DNA of 64,000 bases, taken from sequence record MT446405.1, one strand, 5' to 3'. This stretch comes from Escherichia virus TH32. Below are positions 45,526 to 54,655 of the stretch, piece after piece. Position numbers and translations under genes: made by a program. The notes below the pieces were generated by a model. It was not told the DNA's origin. It searched no databases and saw only the letters and a list, made by a program, of their open reading frames with translations. How positions within the stretch are numbered: position 1 is the first letter of the stretch; the number at the start of each line of letters is the position of its first letter.

Positions 45526-47045
45526 AAACACAAGGAATGCGCCACCAATTATTGGCGCTTGATAAAGCAGGCCGCAGAAAATACTTTGCTTATTTTATGG
45601 AACAGGGTCTTGGTAAAACCTGGACTGCTTTGGCAGAGTTTGAAAAACACTTCGCCGCTGGCGCATTTGATGCCATGGTTGTCATCGCTCCTAACGGTGT
45701 CCACTCGAACTGGATTCGTCGTGAAGCACCAGAACACCTTTCCATTAAATGGATTGGTCATTACTGGCGCGGAAATGACAAGATGAAAACTAAAAAGGGT
45801 AAAGCCATTTGGGAGAAGATGTTTGCTGATCACTATCCTGAAGGTGAAGTGCCTGCGCGCATCTTCTCATTCAACATCGATACTGTCAACACACCAGTCG
45901 GTTATCAACACATCGAGTCTGTCCTGAAGAAGTACCGCTGTTTGATGATCATTGACGAATCGACGCGTATCAAAAATAACACAGCCAAACGCTCCATCAA
46001 GGTTGTAGAATTGGGACGGCTGGCAAAGGCCCGTCGCATACTTTCCGGCACGCCGCTGCCGCGCTCGCCTGCTGATATTTACATGCAGTATCACTTCCTT
46101 GAAGCTGGCTTGCTCGGCACCAAATCGTTCCGTGCATTCAACTCTGAATTCACAGTGCTGCTTGAAGCGCACGACCCAGAGATGCAGGCCATTCTCAAGA
46201 AAATCGGCGGCAACGGTTATGGCATTCCGCAAGTGCCGCGCAAAGACCAGTTTGGCCGACCGATGTACAAGAACCTTGACAAGCTTATCCGGCTGATGGA
46301 ACCGCACTATTTTCGTGCAACAAAAGCAGAATACTTGCCTGACCTTCCAGAGAAGGTGTACAAGTTTATTGACTTCGAGTTGTCGCCTAAGCAGCGCGAT
46401 GTATACGATGAACTCAAGAATGAGTACAACTATTTGATGGAATACAAGGGCGAAGAAGAAAACGTCAAGTTTGAGATGATCGCGTCGCGCACCAAGATGA
46501 AGCAGGTTACATCCGGCTTTGTCAAGGTGTATGATGAGATGGTCTACATGGAAGACAACCCACGCTTCACGGCCTTTAAGGATTATGTGGAAGGGGTGTT
46601 GGAAGACGACCCAGAGCGCAAATTCATCGTTTGGGCCATCTTTAAGGAAGAGATGAACCAGATTAAGGAATGGCTTGAGTCTGAAGGCGTGGTCACTGGT
46701 GTATACAACGGTGAAACATCAAAAGAGCAGCGCGAGTTCTTGATTGATGACTTCCAGAAAAACACAGTCGCGAATGGTGGAACACAGGTATTGGTTTGCC
46801 ACGCTGCAGCGGCAGGCATCGGCATCACACTTACCGCTGCTGACTTGGCAATCTATTATTCTTGCAACTATGACAATGAGTTGCGCAAGCAATCCGAAGA
46901 CCGAAATCACCGCATCGGCACCAAATCAAGCGTGTTGTATGTTGATTTTATTGGGGTTGATACCATCGACGAAGAAATTCAGCGTTCATTGAGTATGAAG
47001 TCTATGCTTGCTGATCACATCCTCGACGGCAAAAAGATGAATTAA
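45522..47045 (+). CDS. SNF2-family helicase
   Basis: Motif I EQGLGKTWT, motif II LMIIDESTRIKN, C-terminal helicase domain. Confidence 0.85.
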   Translation: MKTQGMRHQLLALDKAGRRKYFAYFMEQGLGKTWTALAEFEKHFAAGAFDAMVVIAPNGVHSNWIRREAPEHLSIKWIGHYWRGNDKMKTKKGKAIWEKMFADHYPEGEVPARIFSFNIDTVNTPVGYQHIESVLKKYRCLMIIDESTRIKNNTAKRSIKVVELGRLAKARRILSGTPLPRSPADIYMQYHFLEAGLLGTKSFRAFNSEFTVLLEAHDPEMQAILKKIGGNGYGIPQVPRKDQFGRPMYKNLDKLIRLMEPHYFRATKAEYLPDLPEKVYKFIDFELSPKQRDVYDELKNEYNYLMEYKGEEENVKFEMIASRTKMKQVTSGFVKVYDEMVYMEDNPRFTAFKDYVEGVLEDDPERKFIVWAIFKEEMNQIKEWLESEGVVTGVYNGETSKEQREFLIDDFQKNTVANGGTQVLVCHAAAAGIGITLTAADLAIYYSCNYDNELRKQSEDRNHRIGTKSSVLYVDFIGVDTIDEEIQRSLSMKSMLADHILDGKKMN

Positions 47046-47058
47046 TATCAAAAATAAT

Positions 47059-47087
47059 TTGACTTGTCACGGAAGATGAGTCATAAT
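47059..47087 (+). promoter_or_regulatory. sigma70-like promoter
   Basis: TTGACT-N17-CATAAT followed by conserved TCATCGAAACGAA. Confidence 0.5.
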
Positions 47088-47119
47088 TACTTCATCGAAA
47101 CGAAACAGAGGAATACAAA

Positions 47120-47383
47120 ATGGTACGCATCCTTGAACGTTACAAAAATGAAGCTACTGGCGCAATCGCTTTCAAACGTCTTTTGGTCAAAGAAATTGAC
47201 GGAATGTTTCGCATTGTTAAAGAGTTTGATTATGGCAACGGTGCTGGGGTGAATACCGTTATCATGCCTGGCATCAAGGCGTATAAAACCTTAAAAGGCG
47301 CTGAGAAGGCTTTGGCGGCTTGGAAACCTGAACGTTATCAAATGACCCGTGTTGAAGGGCTAATGCAAGAAGGTAAAATTTAA
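47120..47383 (+). CDS. hypothetical protein
   Basis: 87 aa, AGAGGA RBS. Confidence 0.45.
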   Translation: MVRILERYKNEATGAIAFKRLLVKEIDGMFRIVKEFDYGNGAGVNTVIMPGIKAYKTLKGAEKALAAWKPERYQMTRVEGLMQEGKI

Positions 47384-47631
47384 TGAGTAAAAAAGTTCTG
47401 TTAATTGGGCCGCGTAACTCCGGCAAGACTACCAGTGCAAATAAAATTGCCGAAGTCATGGGACTTGCAGAAATATTTGAGCTTGACGGATTCAAAGTGC
47501 CAAACGGTTATAAGTTGCGCGATGACGTTGATGCCCTGTTTATAGCATCAAAACTTCCTCGCGGAATCCGTCGAGAACATTTTGACATAGTCATTGAAAT
47601 TAATAAGGGGTACATAAATGTCAACTATTAA
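47383..47631 (+). CDS. small P-loop protein
   Basis: Walker A-like LLIGPRNSGKTT. Confidence 0.45.
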   Translation: MSKKVLLIGPRNSGKTTSANKIAEVMGLAEIFELDGFKVPNGYKLRDDVDALFIASKLPRGIRREHFDIVIEINKGYINVNY

Positions 47632-48175
47632 CTGGGAAGATGATCTGCCGCAAGTAGCTCCTGAAAGTATTCAAGAGCGCCTTGCGCGCTTAGTATCTGA
47701 ACTGGCAGAACGCCAAGAAGCTTTGACAGAGCTTGAAGATGAAGCTGATATGCAAAAGCAGCGCATCAGTGAAATCAAAACTGTTCTGCTTCCTGGCGTT
47801 ATGGATGAGCTTGGTGTGTCCGAAATCAAGCTTGAGGACAAGACCAAAATCAAGGTCGAGTCCAAGGTGAACGCTTCAATCAAGAAAGAAAACGAATTAA
47901 AAGTTTTCGATTGGCTTGTAAACAACGGTTACGGCGGCTTGATCAAGTCCAGCGTCACGGCTGAGTTCGGTCGCGAAGAAATTGAACAGGCGCAAGAGAT
48001 TGTTGCCGCGCTGCGTGAAGATGGTGTTGAAGCCACGTTGAAACAAGGCGTTCATTCTGCTACACTGAAGTCGTTTGTAAAAGAACAGCTGGAAGCAGGC
48101 AATCCAGTTAGTGAAGATATTAGCGTTTTTGAATACAAAGAAGCTAAAATAACCTTGCCTAAAAGCAAAAAGTAA
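47618..48175 (+). CDS. hypothetical acidic coiled-coil protein
   Basis: 185 aa, AAGGGG RBS. Confidence 0.45.
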   Translation: MSTINWEDDLPQVAPESIQERLARLVSELAERQEALTELEDEADMQKQRISEIKTVLLPGVMDELGVSEIKLEDKTKIKVESKVNASIKKENELKVFDWLVNNGYGGLIKSSVTAEFGREEIEQAQEIVAALREDGVEATLKQGVHSATLKSFVKEQLEAGNPVSEDISVFEYKEAKITLPKSKK

Positions 48176-48234
48176 TTTAACCTTTATCTTGAAATCAGGT
48201 TGCCACGAAACTTGATACTATAGGAAAATATCAA

Positions 48235-49095
48235 ATGTCTAAGAAAGAAACTACCGAAGTTGCAGTGAAAAACACCCAGATGTCCGCTATGGCTGATTTT
48301 GTCGACATGACCGATTTTGGCGCTGGTTTTGAAGGTGCCGATGCCGATGCGTATGCCATTCCTTTTATCGTCGTCCTGCAGAAGATGTCTCCTATGGTCG
48401 ACGAAGATGATCCAAAACACGTTCCTGGCGCAAAAGCCGGAATGCTTTACAACACCGTTACTGGTGAGTTGTATGACGGTAAGAAAGGCGTGCAGATCAT
48501 CCCTTGCGCATTCAAACGCACCTTCATTCTTTGGGGCGGTCGCGAGTCCGACGATAAAGGCTTTAAAGGTGAATTTACCAAAGAGCACGTTGATGCAGAA
48601 GTCGCGGCAGGCCGCGCTGTTGAGATCAACGGTAAGGTATTCGTGCCTGACGAAAACGGCAAGGTGCACGAGAAGAAATCGCCTTACTACGCAGATACAC
48701 GCAACCACTTTGTGATTCTGTTGAACGAAGAAACTGGTGAATTTGGTAGCGCAATGCTGTCTCTGACTTCTTCCATGATCAAGCCGTCTCGCATGCTGAT
48801 GACCGCTCTGCAGCAGAAGAAAGTTCAGACTCCGCAGGGTCTGAAAACGCCGCCGACCTTTATGAACATCGTTCGCATGGGTACTGCATCCCAGTCCAAA
48901 GACGGCAACACATGGTCAGTTCTGAAGTTTGAGCTGGAAGGTCTGGTGCAGGACAAAGGTCTGTACGAAGTCGCCAAGGCATTCCACAACGACGTGGTTG
49001 GCGGCAACGTTAACATTGACCGCAGCAAGCAGGAAGAAGCAAGCGGTGCCGCTGGTCCTGTCAATGAAACTCCGACCGACGCAGAAGAGTTTTAA
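48235..49095 (+). CDS. single-stranded DNA-binding protein candidate (gp2.5-like)
   Basis: 286 aa ending in acidic tail with terminal aromatic residue (...ETPTDAEEF), located in replication block; inferred. Confidence 0.35.
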   Translation: MSKKETTEVAVKNTQMSAMADFVDMTDFGAGFEGADADAYAIPFIVVLQKMSPMVDEDDPKHVPGAKAGMLYNTVTGELYDGKKGVQIIPCAFKRTFILWGGRESDDKGFKGEFTKEHVDAEVAAGRAVEINGKVFVPDENGKVHEKKSPYYADTRNHFVILLNEETGEFGSAMLSLTSSMIKPSRMLMTALQQKKVQTPQGLKTPPTFMNIVRMGTASQSKDGNTWSVLKFELEGLVQDKGLYEVAKAFHNDVVGGNVNIDRSKQEEASGAAGPVNETPTDAEEF

Positions 49096-49114
49096 TCGAC
49101 AATCAAATCAACAA

Positions 49115-49140
49115 GGCTGCCGATTGGCGGCCTTTTATTT
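49115..49140 (+). terminator. terminator-like hairpin
   Basis: GGCTGCC-gatt-GGCGGCC followed by TTTTATTT. Confidence 0.45.
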
Positions 49141-49152
49141 ATCTGGTGCATC

Positions 49153-49671
49153 ATGATAGAAAGAATTGTACCGCTCCTGAAGATTCTTGCCCTTGTTGGC
49201 GCGTTTGCCGCTGGATCATACGTTGAAGACCTGCAGCAAACCAACGCATCACTGACCAAGGATAATCAATATCTGAAATCGCTTAATGAGCGTAAGGACA
49301 AGATAAATGCACTCGAAGAGCAAATTGCATCTTTACAGGTTGAATCGGCATCGGCATATGAGAAAGGTCGCCAGGAAGCGCAACTGGTTGCTGATGACAC
49401 TATTGCTCGTTACAAGTCTGGGAATATCAAGCTGCGCGCGCAACTCAGCTGCTCCCGTGAGTTACTCAGGCGTGTGCCCGACTCTGCGACCACTGGACGC
49501 CTCTCTATCCCAGAAGGAAACTGTGGACTATCAGAAGATGATGTCAGATTTCTTGTTCAGTTCGCCGCAGAAACAAATCGATTAAAAGAGAAAGTTAATA
49601 GCTTGATTGATACTTATAATCAGGCTAAAATAAAAATCGATCAATTCAATGCATCAAAGGAAAATAAATGA
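49153..49671 (+). CDS. Rz: i-spanin (Rz-like)
   Basis: N-terminal TMD (IVPLLKILALVGAFAAGSYV) followed by coiled-coil periplasmic domain; contains embedded out-of-frame lipoprotein ORF. Confidence 0.6.
   Translation: MIERIVPLLKILALVGAFAAGSYVEDLQQTNASLTKDNQYLKSLNERKDKINALEEQIASLQVESASAYEKGRQEAQLVADDTIARYKSGNIKLRAQLSCSRELLRRVPDSATTGRLSIPEGNCGLSEDDVRFLVQFAAETNRLKEKVNSLIDTYNQAKIKIDQFNASKENK
49358..49585 (+). CDS. Rz1: o-spanin (Rz1-like lipoprotein), embedded
   Basis: In +1 frame inside Rz: MRKVARKRNWLLMTLLLVTSLGISS-C lipoprotein signal with lipobox, Pro-containing mature part with second Cys; alternative start 49394. Confidence 0.6.
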   Translation: MRKVARKRNWLLMTLLLVTSLGISSCARNSAAPVSYSGVCPTLRPLDASLSQKETVDYQKMMSDFLFSSPQKQID

Positions 49672-50261
49672 AACAGATTTATGCAAACATTCGCCAGTGG
49701 GCTTCTGACCGTAACATCATCCAAGGTTGCGACCTTAAGGACCAATACCCGAAGCTTATCAGCGAGTTTGGGGAGTTAACCGACCACGTTGATCAACTCC
49801 ATGACCTTGTGTTCTTTGACCCTGAAATTGGATATACAGAGCAGGCCATCTGTGACCTGCAGGCCGCAATCAAGGACGACATTGGTGATTGTCTTGTTGT
49901 GTTAACCATCCTGGCAGCGCAAAACGGTGCTGAAATCGAAAGCATCAATGGCGGCGGTTGTGCCGATAAAGGGGCGCACCCTCATTCATTCATTCTGCGT
50001 TTGGCAAAGACCCTTGGCCGACTTGGTGATGCGGTCGCTAAGAATCAGACCATGGATATTGATGTCACTATCATGGCCGCAGTCGATTATCTTTCTGGTG
50101 TTGCTCACGATTACGGCCTGCGCCTTTCGGACTGTGCCCAGGCGGCTTATGAAGACATCAAGGACCGTAAAGGCGTGATGTATAACGGAACGTTCATCAA
50201 GTCGACTGATTCAACCTATGCTTATGCCATGGAACAAGTAATGAATGAGGGGAAAGAGTGA
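49668..50261 (+). CDS. MazG-like nucleoside triphosphate pyrophosphohydrolase (putative)
   Basis: EFGELTDHV and DIGDCLVVLTILA resemble MazG ExxE / DxxD metal-binding helices. Confidence 0.5.
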   Translation: MKQIYANIRQWASDRNIIQGCDLKDQYPKLISEFGELTDHVDQLHDLVFFDPEIGYTEQAICDLQAAIKDDIGDCLVVLTILAAQNGAEIESINGGGCADKGAHPHSFILRLAKTLGRLGDAVAKNQTMDIDVTIMAAVDYLSGVAHDYGLRLSDCAQAAYEDIKDRKGVMYNGTFIKSTDSTYAYAMEQVMNEGKE

Positions 50262-51235
50262 TGGCAGGAGAGATCAAAGCGCTTAAGCCAATGAAAGGCT
50301 GTCAACGTAAGCAAATCATCGAACGCGGTGAAGACGTTCCGTTACCTTGCGGATTGTCATTTAAGGTTGATGGCATACGTGCTATGGCTTATGACAAGCT
50401 TCCTATGGGTACGTCTGGAATGCCGCTGCGAAACGTTCAAATCAAGAAAGAGTTCCTTTTCTTGGGCGATTTGATTTACGGCCTTGATGGTGAACTCATC
50501 GACGGCAATCCTAATGACAAGAACGTCATGCAGCAGGCATATACTGCGTGCATGAATACTGATGCAATAACTAACTTTACATGGTGGGTGTTTGATGACT
50601 TCAGCGACCCCGATTTACCTTTTGAAAAGCGTTATGCGAACTATCGGGCTAGAGTTGCTGAGGTCAATCAGTATCTCTTGGGCCATGGCCACAGACCATT
50701 CCTTCGCGCCCTTGAATACCGAAACATTGAGAATATGGATCAATACGCGGCAATGCAAGTCGAAGCGGACCAGCTTGGATATGAAGGCTTATACGGCAAA
50801 TCGTGGACGGGCAAATACAAGCATGGCCGCGCAACGCCGAAGTCGCGTGATGTATGGAAAGACAAGCCGTGGACCGACGAAGAAGGACAGATCATAGATT
50901 TCGTCGAGATGATGGAGAATAACAACGAAGCGTTCATTGATGAGCTTGGTCGCACAAAACGATCAAAGGAAGCTGAAGGACTCGTTGCCAAGGGTTGTCT
51001 CGGATCATTTGTCGTAGTCAATCCAAAGTATGTAGATGAGAAGGGTGAGATGATTCCTTTCCGTGTGTCCGCAGGTTCAATGCCTATGGCAGAGCGGAAG
51101 ATGCTTTGGGATAATCGCGAAAATTATCGCCACAAATACTTGACGTATAAATTCTTTAACTTTGGCATCGTTGACGTGCCGCGCTCTGCGCTTTATAAAT
51201 GCTTCCGTGATATTACTGATATGGAGTATTTTTAA
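50261..51235 (+). CDS. ATP-dependent DNA ligase
   Basis: Motif I FKVDGIR (KxDGxR), motif III GLDGELI, motif IV EGLYGK, motif V LVAKG; ATG at 50261 overlaps MazG stop. Confidence 0.8.
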   Translation: MAGEIKALKPMKGCQRKQIIERGEDVPLPCGLSFKVDGIRAMAYDKLPMGTSGMPLRNVQIKKEFLFLGDLIYGLDGELIDGNPNDKNVMQQAYTACMNTDAITNFTWWVFDDFSDPDLPFEKRYANYRARVAEVNQYLLGHGHRPFLRALEYRNIENMDQYAAMQVEADQLGYEGLYGKSWTGKYKHGRATPKSRDVWKDKPWTDEEGQIIDFVEMMENNNEAFIDELGRTKRSKEAEGLVAKGCLGSFVVVNPKYVDEKGEMIPFRVSAGSMPMAERKMLWDNRENYRHKYLTYKFFNFGIVDVPRSALYKCFRDITDMEYF

Positions 51236-51307
51236 CACACTGAATAAATAATTGGCGCGGATAATCTATCCAGCCGTTTTATAGAATTTAATATACAGTG
51301 TGTACAT

Positions 51308-51338
51308 AAAGCCGGTTAATCCGGCTTTTCTTTTATTT
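51308..51338 (+). terminator. rho-independent terminator
   Basis: AGCCGG-ttaa-TCCGGCT followed by TTTCTTTTATTT. Confidence 0.65.
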
Positions 51339-51351
51339 ACCTTTCGTCGTA

Positions 51352-51379
51352 TTTACTTTCAAAACCTTCGGCCTATACT
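51352..51379 (+). promoter_or_regulatory. sigma70-like promoter
   Basis: TTTACT-N16-TATACT. Confidence 0.4.
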
Positions 51380-51410
51380 ATTACTATTCATAATCAAAAG
51401 GTGAATTATA

Positions 51411-51953
51411 ATGAAAGCTAACAAATTAAAGATTGTTTTGATCATCATCATGGCCATGCTGACAGTAATATTCTTCACCAAAACTGCATCTGCTGAAAAT
51501 ATGTTTACGCCGCCGAATAGTAATGCAAAGGTGCTGACAAGATACTTTAACAACGGTCAATCTTTTGAGTTCTGCTGGAATAAATATGACGTTGTAAAGA
51601 GCAAGTTCGGCAAAGAAAAGATGTGTGTAATGAATGATCGCGGTCGACAGGTCGTGTCATTTGTTTTCGGAATGTCCATGGCAAAAGTTGATGCCCCTGA
51701 AATCGTTGTCAGGTATAATACATTGGACAGCGGCCTTGTCGACAAGACATACCCTGTTGCAGTAGACAGCAGGACAGGCGGCGCACTCATACTTACTCCA
51801 GAAGATAAATCAGATGTCGTTAACATGCTCATCAACAGCAAAGACGTAATCGTGTTTTATCATGTTGAAGGCGTATCAGACTACCAAATGGCCTACTATC
51901 CACTGCCCTTAAGAGATGCTTCAGGTAATGTTAAGACACAGGACGTGCGTTGA
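51411..51953 (+). CDS. secreted protein (Sec signal peptide)
   Basis: MKANKLKIVLIIIMAMLTVIFFTKTASA then ENMF: n/h/c regions with AxA cleavage site. Confidence 0.55.
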   Translation: MKANKLKIVLIIIMAMLTVIFFTKTASAENMFTPPNSNAKVLTRYFNNGQSFEFCWNKYDVVKSKFGKEKMCVMNDRGRQVVSFVFGMSMAKVDAPEIVVRYNTLDSGLVDKTYPVAVDSRTGGALILTPEDKSDVVNMLINSKDVIVFYHVEGVSDYQMAYYPLPLRDASGNVKTQDVR

Positions 51954-52180
51954 CATGGGTGGTAGTTATGCAGAAAGATTTGGAAGAAAACAAAAGGCTG
52001 AAAAAGGCTTTGACGTCTCAAATCTTGTCCCTGTTGGTAAAGCTTATTGGGGAGTCAATTAGCAACAAGGTGGCACGGGCCGCGATTGTTGGCGTGATTG
52101 GCATGGCGGGGTATTACTTCGACTTGCCAGACATTGATACAAGCTCCGCGCCGCCCGTCCAGGTTGAAGCCGTAAAATAA
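51950..52180 (+). CDS. small protein with C-terminal hydrophobic segment
   Basis: 76 aa; AAIVGVIGMAGYYF hydrophobic stretch. Confidence 0.35.
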   Translation: MTWVVVMQKDLEENKRLKKALTSQILSLLVKLIGESISNKVARAAIVGVIGMAGYYFDLPDIDTSSAPPVQVEAVK

Positions 52181-52183
52181 ACA

Positions 52184-52207
52184 AAGGCCCATATGGGCCT
52201 TTTCTTA
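52184..52207. terminator. bidirectional rho-independent terminator
   Basis: Perfect palindrome GGCCCATATGGGCC flanked by A-run and T-run between convergent genes. Confidence 0.7.
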
Positions 52208-52849
52208 CATAACTGCTAGTGCATCCTTGTAACGCTTCCGTCGCAAATCCCCATGGTTAGCCGTATTCGGCGCGGCCCCGTTAATCCGCTTAACAGTCGA
52301 ATCAAATGCACCCGCATCGGCAAGAGGAATACAGCCGCTATTCTTAAAGAACCATGCCGCGCTGTCAGCGATGTATTTTGGTTCAGTCAGAATATCAGGA
52401 TTGTTCAATGCGTCATAGCCTGATTGCTTTGAATAATCTGCATAGTTATCCTTTCCAGTCAGCTGAATGGCACCACGGCCACGGTACTTCCAACCGTCTC
52501 CCGATGCTACCGAACCGTTGCCCATGCGGTTTGCATATGTATTATTGGCGATTTCCATTGGTTTACGGGCAATCGACAATGCCAAGGAGTTGGGTGCACC
52601 GCCGAAACGACCGCTGGCGCTGTAACGGCTAGGCCATGTATTAGCAAGACCTTGAGCGGAATAATTCAAGTTTTCCACAAATGTCTTCAGACTGCCTGTT
52701 TCCACTCCTACGTTTGCAAGCAACGCCGCGATGGCGTTCTTGCTTTTGATTCCGTAGTGCTCACAAGCCTTCTTGAAAGGGTCCACCCATTTCTCTGCGA
52801 CATCCATGCTGCATCCGGTCCCTTTAGATATTACGTTTGCATTAATCAT
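52205..52849 (-). CDS. endolysin, glycoside hydrolase family 19 (chitinase-like)
   Basis: GH19 signature GRGAIQLTGKDNY and upstream ANVGVETG; AAGGTGA RBS. Confidence 0.8.
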   Translation of the reverse strand: MINANVISKGTGCSMDVAEKWVDPFKKACEHYGIKSKNAIAALLANVGVETGSLKTFVENLNYSAQGLANTWPSRYSASGRFGGAPNSLALSIARKPMEIANNTYANRMGNGSVASGDGWKYRGRGAIQLTGKDNYADYSKQSGYDALNNPDILTEPKYIADSAAWFFKNSGCIPLADAGAFDSTVKRINGAAPNTANHGDLRRKRYKDALAVM

Positions 52850-52857
52850 AAATCACC

Positions 52858-54645
52858 TTATGCGCTTCTGTACCAGCCGTTCAAGACGACATATCGCGGC
52901 AGGGTTGAGACAGCCGTTGGAACAGACTGCCCTGCGTTGCCAGTGTTACCGACCACATCGTGAGTGTGAGCGGGAAGGGTATAGCTATGGCTGTGATTGC
53001 CAGCGTAATTTATATTCAACCCATGGGTGTGTGACCCAGAAGATTGGATATTGTGGACGTGGTTGCCGTTAGTCGAGGTGTTGTATTTGTAGTTATCCCA
53101 GTCGCCGCCCTTTCGACTGCCGAAGTTGTTGTGCGTATTGTCATACACGCCATACCGCGCATCATTCGTATTCGCCTCACCCCAGCTACTGTCATGGTGG
53201 TGGTTGCCTGCCGAATCCATTCCGTGCACGTGAGCACCGTTTTGACTGGTATCGCCTGTGTGGTTATGGCTGCCCGCATCTCCAGTGGTATTTGACCATG
53301 GACCGCTTTGTCGCGTAGTAATGTTCACGCTGTGATTGTGCAGAGGAAGCATGGCGGCGGTAAGGGTGACGGAGTCCGCGCCGCCAGTGGCAAGACCGTT
53401 TCGTGCCGTGCCGGATGTTCTGATGACCATGTTATCAGGCAATCTGGTCCACACCTGTCCATAAGCGCCAAGCTTGGTGTTTGGGTTGGTGCCATTAGTC
53501 AAGAATCGAGTCTCACCGACTTCGAATACATCACCCATAGTGATCAACTTAGAAGCCAAATCATCGAGTTGACGCTTTGTCACAAACTGTTGCGGCTCAC
53601 TAGCATCAACACCGATTTGCGCCGCGCCGAATGCTTGAAGAAGACGCCAGACTGTTCCGTCATAAATAATGGTGAAAGGCAGCAGACCGACGATGGACCC
53701 TGCTGGCAACTCGCCGCCGTCGAATCCAAGGACGGCAACCTTGTTTGCACCAATGGTCACGGTGACAGGCCCAGTGGTCGTGACATCATTGACGATGGTC
53801 AGGCGACTACCTGCTGACGGAGGCCATGAATAACCTGCTGGAACGGTAAGGATTATATCTTGTGCGCCTTTACCTGATGCAAGATTCGGCGTTCCAATTT
53901 GCACGTCTTGAACAGTAGCATTTTGAATCCAGGCACTCCAAGCACCAGAAGTATAAGAGCGGGTGAAAACATATCCGTTCATTGACGTGTATTGTTGCAG
54001 GGCGAAAGTCTGCGCATCAACCTGCCAAGCGCAAACCTGGAGGCGACCTGCAGCCTTCGTCGCACCAACCGCGTTCGGGATGTTAGAGCAGAGAGCGGCA
54101 ACGGCGTCAGATTGAATGACAATAGTTGTGGAAGTCGTGATATTATCAAAGTCCACAAAGTTTGAAATCAGTCCGCGAACAAAATACGGGTTTTGCGCAT
54201 CGCCGCCAGCAGGCATAGGAATATACTTTCGCGCTTCGCTAGGCAGCGTTAATTCCTGCCAAGATTCCGTTTCGCCGTTGGCTGGTACGGCGCTGGTGTT
54301 GCCGTCAACCACGCTCTGGAAAATGCGCCACTCAGGCGCTGAAGGAGTTCCAGAGTTGCTTACCACGATGGCGTTTTTCGGGTATCCATCTGGCTTCAAG
54401 TCAGACGAGAAATACTGTTGAGCGCCGTGGTCCTGGATGAACATCAGGTTGTCGGTGATCAGATTCAACAACCAGTTCATCGACTCACGTTCAACCGCTT
54501 TCGCGGCGACGTTTCCAGCTTCCAGAGCAAGTGCATAGTCAGGGGTGTAGCCGCGCTGGAAGTTCACATAACCGCTTGGGCTTGCATCCGGCACCACGGA
54601 TACATCACCGCTTTGCGCGAAAGGTCTGTTAATAAGTGTTGGCAT
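52858..54645 (-). CDS. tail fibre protein with His-x-His repeat tip (gp37-like distal fibre)
   Basis: C-terminal cluster of HxH motifs (HNHSVN, GSHNHTG, AHVHG, NHHHD, NHVHN, SHTHG, NHSHS, AHTHD); start at Met 54645 with GAGGAA RBS. Confidence 0.65.
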   Translation of the reverse strand: MPTLINRPFAQSGDVSVVPDASPSGYVNFQRGYTPDYALALEAGNVAAKAVERESMNWLLNLITDNLMFIQDHGAQQYFSSDLKPDGYPKNAIVVSNSGTPSAPEWRIFQSVVDGNTSAVPANGETESWQELTLPSEARKYIPMPAGGDAQNPYFVRGLISNFVDFDNITTSTTIVIQSDAVAALCSNIPNAVGATKAAGRLQVCAWQVDAQTFALQQYTSMNGYVFTRSYTSGAWSAWIQNATVQDVQIGTPNLASGKGAQDIILTVPAGYSWPPSAGSRLTIVNDVTTTGPVTVTIGANKVAVLGFDGGELPAGSIVGLLPFTIIYDGTVWRLLQAFGAAQIGVDASEPQQFVTKRQLDDLASKLITMGDVFEVGETRFLTNGTNPNTKLGAYGQVWTRLPDNMVIRTSGTARNGLATGGADSVTLTAAMLPLHNHSVNITTRQSGPWSNTTGDAGSHNHTGDTSQNGAHVHGMDSAGNHHHDSSWGEANTNDARYGVYDNTHNNFGSRKGGDWDNYKYNTSTNGNHVHNIQSSGSHTHGLNINYAGNHSHSYTLPAHTHDVVGNTGNAGQSVPTAVSTLPRYVVLNGWYRSA

Positions 54646-54655
54646 TGCCGTTCCT

